Source: an uncultured Bacteroidales bacterium (GTDB taxonomy: Bacteria > Bacteroidota > Bacteroidia > Bacteroidales > ML635J-15). Taken from it: a stretch of DNA of 64,000 nt. Below the pieces are notes generated by a model, which saw only the letters and a program-made list of their open reading frames with translations, was not told where the DNA came from and made no database searches. Of this stretch, positions 59,203-64,000 are shown piece by piece. A program made the position numbers and the translations under genes. Each line of letters starts with the position of its first letter. The stretch's first letter is position 1. The DNA is taken from the NCBI GenBank assembly GCA_964418565.1, contig CAYQMB010000003.1:3892-67891 (forward strand). The letters are read 5' to 3'.

Positions 59203-59806
59203 CAGAAGAACAGTATAAGGAGTTTGCAAATTCCCGGTTGCCACTTATTTACAAGTTGCAACATATTCATATTTCCGCAATGTAATAACGCAAGACCTTG
59301 ACAGGTGATTTTATTCAAACAGGTGGTTTCATGTTGAAAAAATGATGTTTTATGGGGATGTGGGCGGTCTGCTTTTTTCATCCAGAGAATCAAGAAAGTC
59401 CGGAACGTTCGTAAACGTTAAAAAATCCGCCAGCCCCTGCCCGCCGATATTATTTTAAATGGTTGGCAGGCTGGCACTTGCCACCCACCGCAGGGAGCAG
59501 CGGGGCAAATTCTGGCAGAATCCGGAAATACAACCAAACCAGAATCAAAGTTTCGTAAATACTTGTTGTTGTTTGTCGTTCATTTGTGAATTACGAAACG
59601 GATATAGTAACAACAAAGCTTGTGTTAGTGTGCTATTACGTGTGCTTTATATGCCGGATGTAAGAGTCAGATTGACTGTGATTTAGTTTAGAATTGTTAT
59701 AAATTCACAACTGCCATCGATTTTGTAATTTTTAAAATTATATTTGTTTCCAATAGACAGGTAAAACTTTTAAAACTTAATTAAACTTAACTTAATCATT
59801 TATTCT

Positions 59807-60559
59807 ATGGAACAGAAGAAAGAGGATTATCGCATTAGTTTTTTTAAGCCTACAAATGCACAAACCAGAGCGAATCGCAATATGGTTTTGTGGCTTTTAT
59901 TGGTGTGGGTACTTGCCGTTTTTGGCTTTCACATTGTTTTGAAAATCATTGAAAAACCTACGCCTGAGCCGGCTTTGTTAACCTACGATATGATAAAGGA
60001 TGATGTTTATCAGGGCTCTGCTGACCTTGAGACATATGAGAAGTATGCAGCAGTTCAATTGCAGGTATTAAGCAAGGTGTTTATTTCTCCTGATGATCAT
60101 GACGTGTTGCAAAAAGCCTTTAACTGGGCAGTCTTTAAAAAGCTTGACAAAGACGAAGCCTACAGCTTGAAATCAGAAATTGGAATTTTTGAAAGCATTG
60201 AATCTGAAACCACCGACATAACAGACCCGGATTATCAGGAAGCCAAGGCTCATTTAAGAGAAGTGGCTGCTCCCGTGTTGGGGCTTGAGATTAATGATAT
60301 TCTTACAAGAACACTTCCTTTTGAGTTATCTTCAGACTATTCACAAAACCTGACTGAAGATGATATCAATGCGTTGGAAGGAGTTTTGGATAAATATCTG
60401 ATTCATAATGAATCCGTACTTACGAATATGACCGTTCTGGGATTCCCCTTCCATTATTTCTACACGGCAGTTTTTCTGCTTGTTCTGTTTGTTTTCTTGT
60501 GTCTGGTATACTGCGTTCGCACAGACAGGCTGAACAAAAAGTACGGCATTGAGCAATAA
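59807..60559 (+). CDS. solute:sodium symporter small subunit (DUF4212-like) with a large internal insertion
   Basis: The N-terminal RANRNMVLWLLLVWVLAVFGFHIV and C-terminal GFPFHYFYTAVFLLVLFVFLCLVYCVRTDRLNKKY match the two-helix DUF4212 pattern. They are separated by about 150 acidic residues. Confidence 0.55.
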   Translation: MEQKKEDYRISFFKPTNAQTRANRNMVLWLLLVWVLAVFGFHIVLKIIEKPTPEPALLTYDMIKDDVYQGSADLETYEKYAAVQLQVLSKVFISPDDHDVLQKAFNWAVFKKLDKDEAYSLKSEIGIFESIESETTDITDPDYQEAKAHLREVAAPVLGLEINDILTRTLPFELSSDYSQNLTEDDINALEGVLDKYLIHNESVLTNMTVLGFPFHYFYTAVFLLVLFVFLCLVYCVRTDRLNKKYGIEQ

Positions 60560-60593
60560 TTAAGTCATTTAAATCAATTGAAAAACCATTATT

Positions 60594-62267
60594 ATGAAAA
60601 AGATATTGTCATTAATAGCATTATTATTGGGGTCTTCAGCAATGTTGCATGCGGCTAACGCTGCAACAGATCTTGAAGGTGGTTTTAAAACCGGGCCAGC
60701 CATAATCATGATCGTAATTCTTATTGTTTTTATCATGGTGGGCATCCTGTTTAAGGCTAAAAATACCACAGATTACTACGCGGCAGGTAGAAGTATTTCC
60801 AGGGTTGGCTCCGGAATGGCCATTGCCAGTAACTGGATGAGTGCAGCTTCATTCCTTGGTATGGCTGCTCTGATGTACGGCAGTGGATATCATGGTTTAG
60901 CCTATGTGGTAGGCTGGACAGGCGGTTATGTGCTTCTGCTGATACTGATGGCCGGGCAGATCAGAAAATACGGTAAATACACAGCGGCCGATTTCATAGG
61001 TGACAGGTATTATTCAAGAACACTGCGGGCCGTTAGTGCCATTATTGCCATTCTTATTTCCATTGCCTATTGTGTCGGGCAGTTTGGAGGCATTGGCCTT
61101 CTTTTTAAATGGATCATGGGAGTAGATTATTGGCTTGCTGTGGTTATCGGTGGTACCGTTGTCCTGTCTTACACTCTGATTTCAGGTATGCTGGGTGTGA
61201 CAAAAAACATGCAGGTGCAATATGTCATTATCATTATTTCTTTCCTGATACCGCTGTTTATCATTACGTACAAATTTGATTATTTCTGGTTAATACCACA
61301 AATTGGATATGGCTCAGTTGTATCGGATGTTGTTGCCGGAATACCCCTGGCCGATACTGCCGAACTGGTCAACAAATACGGACACCAATATGCCTCTGTT
61401 GCCATGCCCGAATTTGCAATGCCATGGGATACAGCTACAGGTTCTACATTTTTTCAATGGATTGCCATTGCTTTTTCACTGATGATCGGAACAGCAGGTT
61501 TACCGCATGTGTTGCAGCGTTTTTATGTGGTGCCGAATCCCAGAGATGCCAGATGGTCTGTGGTGTGGGGACTATTCTTTATTTGTATTCTGTACTGGAG
61601 TGCTCCGGTGTATTCCGTCTTCGGGAAAATCCTCTCTGCACATCCTGAAATCGGGATGCTTGAAAAAGATGCCATCGTGGTATATACTGCACAGCTTGGA
61701 AATATTCATCCGCTCATTGTCGGATTCCTTGCTGCCGGTGGTGTATCTGCGGCATTTTCAACCACATCCGGACTCCTCATTGCAGGATCGTCTGCATTTG
61801 CTCACGATTTGTATGTCAAAGTATTCAGACCTGATTCATCACCAAAAACACAGCTACGAATGGCTCGTTATGGCACTGTCCTGATGGCAATAATTGTTGG
61901 AGCAATTGCCCTTTTAAAACTTGCCTTAATCGGACAACTTGTGGCTGTGGCCTTCTCGCTTGCCGGTTGTACCATTTTCCCCCTGTTTTTGCTGGGAATC
62001 TGGTGGAGTGGCTCAAACCGGCAGGGTGCAATTGCAGGATTAATTGCAGGTGGAATCGTCTCGCTGATTGCCATCGCTTATTTCGTTGCCGGCACACAGG
62101 GTGTTCAACTGCCTTTCCATGAATTTGTCGATTATTACCTTGGCGCATGGTACTTTGGCATCTTCGGAGCGCCAATTGCTATCATTACCCATATCATTGT
62201 TTCCAAACTTACACCGGAAACACCACTGGAAATCCGCAAATTTCTCATCAATTCAGTTCACTCATAA
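60594..62267 (+). CDS. sodium:solute symporter family permease (large subunit)
   Basis: 13-14 TM helices. SSF motifs (YYAAGRSI...GMAIASNWMSAASFLG). Follows a DUF4212-like gene as in VC_2704/2705-type pairs. Confidence 0.8.
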   Translation: MKKILSLIALLLGSSAMLHAANAATDLEGGFKTGPAIIMIVILIVFIMVGILFKAKNTTDYYAAGRSISRVGSGMAIASNWMSAASFLGMAALMYGSGYHGLAYVVGWTGGYVLLLILMAGQIRKYGKYTAADFIGDRYYSRTLRAVSAIIAILISIAYCVGQFGGIGLLFKWIMGVDYWLAVVIGGTVVLSYTLISGMLGVTKNMQVQYVIIIISFLIPLFIITYKFDYFWLIPQIGYGSVVSDVVAGIPLADTAELVNKYGHQYASVAMPEFAMPWDTATGSTFFQWIAIAFSLMIGTAGLPHVLQRFYVVPNPRDARWSVVWGLFFICILYWSAPVYSVFGKILSAHPEIGMLEKDAIVVYTAQLGNIHPLIVGFLAAGGVSAAFSTTSGLLIAGSSAFAHDLYVKVFRPDSSPKTQLRMARYGTVLMAIIVGAIALLKLALIGQLVAVAFSLAGCTIFPLFLLGIWWSGSNRQGAIAGLIAGGIVSLIAIAYFVAGTQGVQLPFHEFVDYYLGAWYFGIFGAPIAIITHIIVSKLTPETPLEIRKFLINSVHS

Positions 62268-63058
62268 TGGGGATTTTACAAAATAAAAATTCAAGGGTCA
62301 TCATATTCATTATGGTGATCCTTGTTGCTGCAGGATTGTTTGTTTCAAAGGTGTATTATCAAAACATCAATGAATCTATAGACCCGCGGATCGTTGAAGC
62401 CCGCAAACTGTATGAAGAATACAATGCTTATGCTGAAAACAACAACTTTGATGCTATATTCGGGCTGCTGGATTCAGTTGAAAGTATATATTCAGGAATC
62501 GGGCATTATCAGAATTCATTTGAAATGGGCGTAACGGCAAATAACCGTGCTGCCGTATACCTGACACTGGCAATGCATCAGGACAGCATTGAGCTGCCGG
62601 AAAACTCAGAATACCTGCTTGAATACTCCAGGGATAGCTTGCTTGGCATAGCGGAGCATCACCTCCATACTGCCATCAGTATTTATCAAAACTGGCGAGA
62701 AAACTACAAAGACCTGTCAAGAAAAGAGTGTAAGAAAGTGATAACATCAGATTTCCTGAACGGGCTTGAAGGTTACAGTCAGGACGATCAAGATAAATAC
62801 CTGGAAAACAGGCTGGCTGTCTTTATGGACAATCAGGTTGAGATTGACCGCAGGCTCTCAGTGAGCTATACCAACCTGGGTGTGATATACCGGCTGCGGG
62901 ATAATTATGATGAAGCAATTGATGCTTATGCTAAGGCCATTGATCTGTGGGATAGAAATTTAACAGCCGAAAATAATTTGAATGTTTTGCTTGGCAGGCC
63001 GAAAAAGAAACAGAATTTTATTCAAAAACTATTCCCTCCGGATAGAGATAATGAATGA
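62267..63058 (+). CDS. membrane-anchored TPR-like protein
   Basis: Start at MGILQNKNSRVIIFIMVILVAAGLF, with the ATG overlapping the symporter stop (TAATG). The C-terminal part has TPR-like helices (YTNLGVIYRLRDNYDEAIDAYAKAIDL). Confidence 0.55.
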   Translation: MGILQNKNSRVIIFIMVILVAAGLFVSKVYYQNINESIDPRIVEARKLYEEYNAYAENNNFDAIFGLLDSVESIYSGIGHYQNSFEMGVTANNRAAVYLTLAMHQDSIELPENSEYLLEYSRDSLLGIAEHHLHTAISIYQNWRENYKDLSRKECKKVITSDFLNGLEGYSQDDQDKYLENRLAVFMDNQVEIDRRLSVSYTNLGVIYRLRDNYDEAIDAYAKAIDLWDRNLTAENNLNVLLGRPKKKQNFIQKLFPPDRDNE

Positions 63059-63080
63059 TAAACCTTAAAAACCTATAATC

Positions 63081-64000
63081 GTGAAAAAAAACGGACTAAT
63101 TTTATTCTTTGTTGTGTTAATGTGCATTCCTGTTGCAACCAAAGCACAGGATGATAATGAAAAACAAAATTTCGGATTAAGCTGGTCAGGATTTGTTAAA
63201 AATGATTTCTTTTTTGATTCAAGACAGACGGTCGCTGCACGCGAAGGCCATTTTTTACTGTATCCGATGCCTGTAAGTGAAGATTTGGATGGCAATGATA
63301 TCAATGCAAACGGAAGCCTGAACTTTTTGTCCATACAATCGCGGCTCAGAGCCAAAATTTCCGGTCCGGATGCCTTTGGAGCAAAAACATCCGGCTTAAT
63401 CGAAGGAGCATTTTTTGGACATACCAATCCGGATATTAACGGATTCAGACTTCGGCATGCCTTTGTGAAACTCGACTGGACCAATACACAGTTGCTTTTT
63501 GGTCAGTACTGGCACATGATGTTCGTACCGGAATGTTTCCCGGGAACGGTGTCTTTTAATACTGGTGTGCCGTTTCAGTATTTTAGCCGAAACCCTCAAA
63601 TCAGAATCACGCAGAAAGCCGGCGATATGCTCAAAATATCACTGGCAGCAGCAACACAGCGCGATTTTGCAAGTCCGGGCGGTTATGCTAGCCTTAGCAA
63701 TTCAATGACACCGGATATGCAACTGCAGTTCCAATTGTCGCCTTCAGAAGCATTTCTGGTGGGTGTTACGGGAGGCTATAAAACACTATTGCCTCGCCTC
63801 CAAACCGACAATGCTTATGAAGCAGAAAATTTGGTAAGCTCCTTTACCAGCAATGCATTTATTCGTGTGAAAACAAAGCCTGTTACCTTTAAAGTGCAGG
63901 GTATTTTTGCTCAAAATGCTTATGATGGCCTTATGATAGGAGGATTTGCAGTCAAAGACATTGTTGATCCCGCTAAAGATTACAGAACATATACACCGGT
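63081..64000 (+). CDS. outer-membrane porin (DcaP-like), N-terminal part; continues beyond window
   Basis: My translation from GTG 63081: VKKNGLILFFVVLMCIPVATKAQ (signal), then ...GFVKNDFFFDSRQ...LRHAFVKLDWTNTQLLFGQYWHMMF..., open to the window end. Not in the ORF track (GTG start, runs off the edge). Confidence 0.6.
   Translation, partial: MKKNGLILFFVVLMCIPVATKAQDDNEKQNFGLSWSGFVKNDFFFDSRQTVAAREGHFLLYPMPVSEDLDGNDINANGSLNFLSIQSRLRAKISGPDAFGAKTSGLIEGAFFGHTNPDINGFRLRHAFVKLDWTNTQLLFGQYWHMMFVPECFPGTVSFNTGVPFQYFSRNPQIRITQKAGDMLKISLAAATQRDFASPGGYASLSNSMTPDMQLQFQLSPSEAFLVGVTGGYKTLLPRLQTDNAYEAENLVSSFTSNAFIRVKTKPVTFKVQGIFAQNAYDGLMIGGFAVKDIVDPAKDYRTYTP

Noticed and set aside
59394-59403. gaaagtccgg resembles the RNase P RNA P4 motif (GGAAAGUCCGGGC), with cagaatccgg nearby resembling ACAGAACCCGGC.
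   Set aside because: The other universally conserved RNase P blocks (GGGUAAGGGUGAAA, GGUAAGAGC.CACC) are absent, and the spacing is far too short.

Overview
This is a 64-kb chromosomal segment from a Bacteroidota-type genome. The phylum call rests on T9SS C-terminal sorting domains, a FISUMP-domain protein, the parA-parB-DUF5683-LysM transglycosylase cluster, a nadC-DUF4783 pair, and TAnnTTTG -7 promoter boxes 17-28 nt upstream of start codons. About 55 protein genes are present, mostly housekeeping: dnaK, guaA, parAB, ribH, ddl, panB, nadC, mutY, plsY, glnA, RNase G, HU, a DEAD-box helicase, an M13 peptidase, a DsbD-like protein, a 1223-aa sensor kinase, and a symporter/porin operon. Two long ORFs run off the window edges and are missing from the ORF track: an AsmA-like gene (1-2453, minus) and a porin (63081-64000, plus). 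There are four tRNAs (Met-CAU, Leu-UAA, Gly-GCC, Arg-UCU). I found no rRNA, CRISPR array, transposase, integrase, reverse transcriptase or recognisable defence gene. The unusual content is non-coding. (1) The tRNA-Met gene is followed by serial direct repeats of its own 3' half plus terminator, which divide an AT-rich tract (about 2.9-8.6 kb) into cassettes of secreted and lipoprotein hypotheticals. (2) tRNA-Arg shows the same 3'-half-plus-terminator duplication in tandem, with no cargo. (3) The degenerate Met and Arg copies both carry an insert at the T-loop position that opens with the same CAGG-TGARTTTATCA motif. (4) A roughly 700-bp GC-rich, ORF-free, hairpin-dense block lies downstream of guaA, with smaller motif-sharing GC-rich patches at about 10.05-10.26 kb and 59.4-59.5 kb. 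All functional calls come from reading motifs in the translations. No database search was possible.
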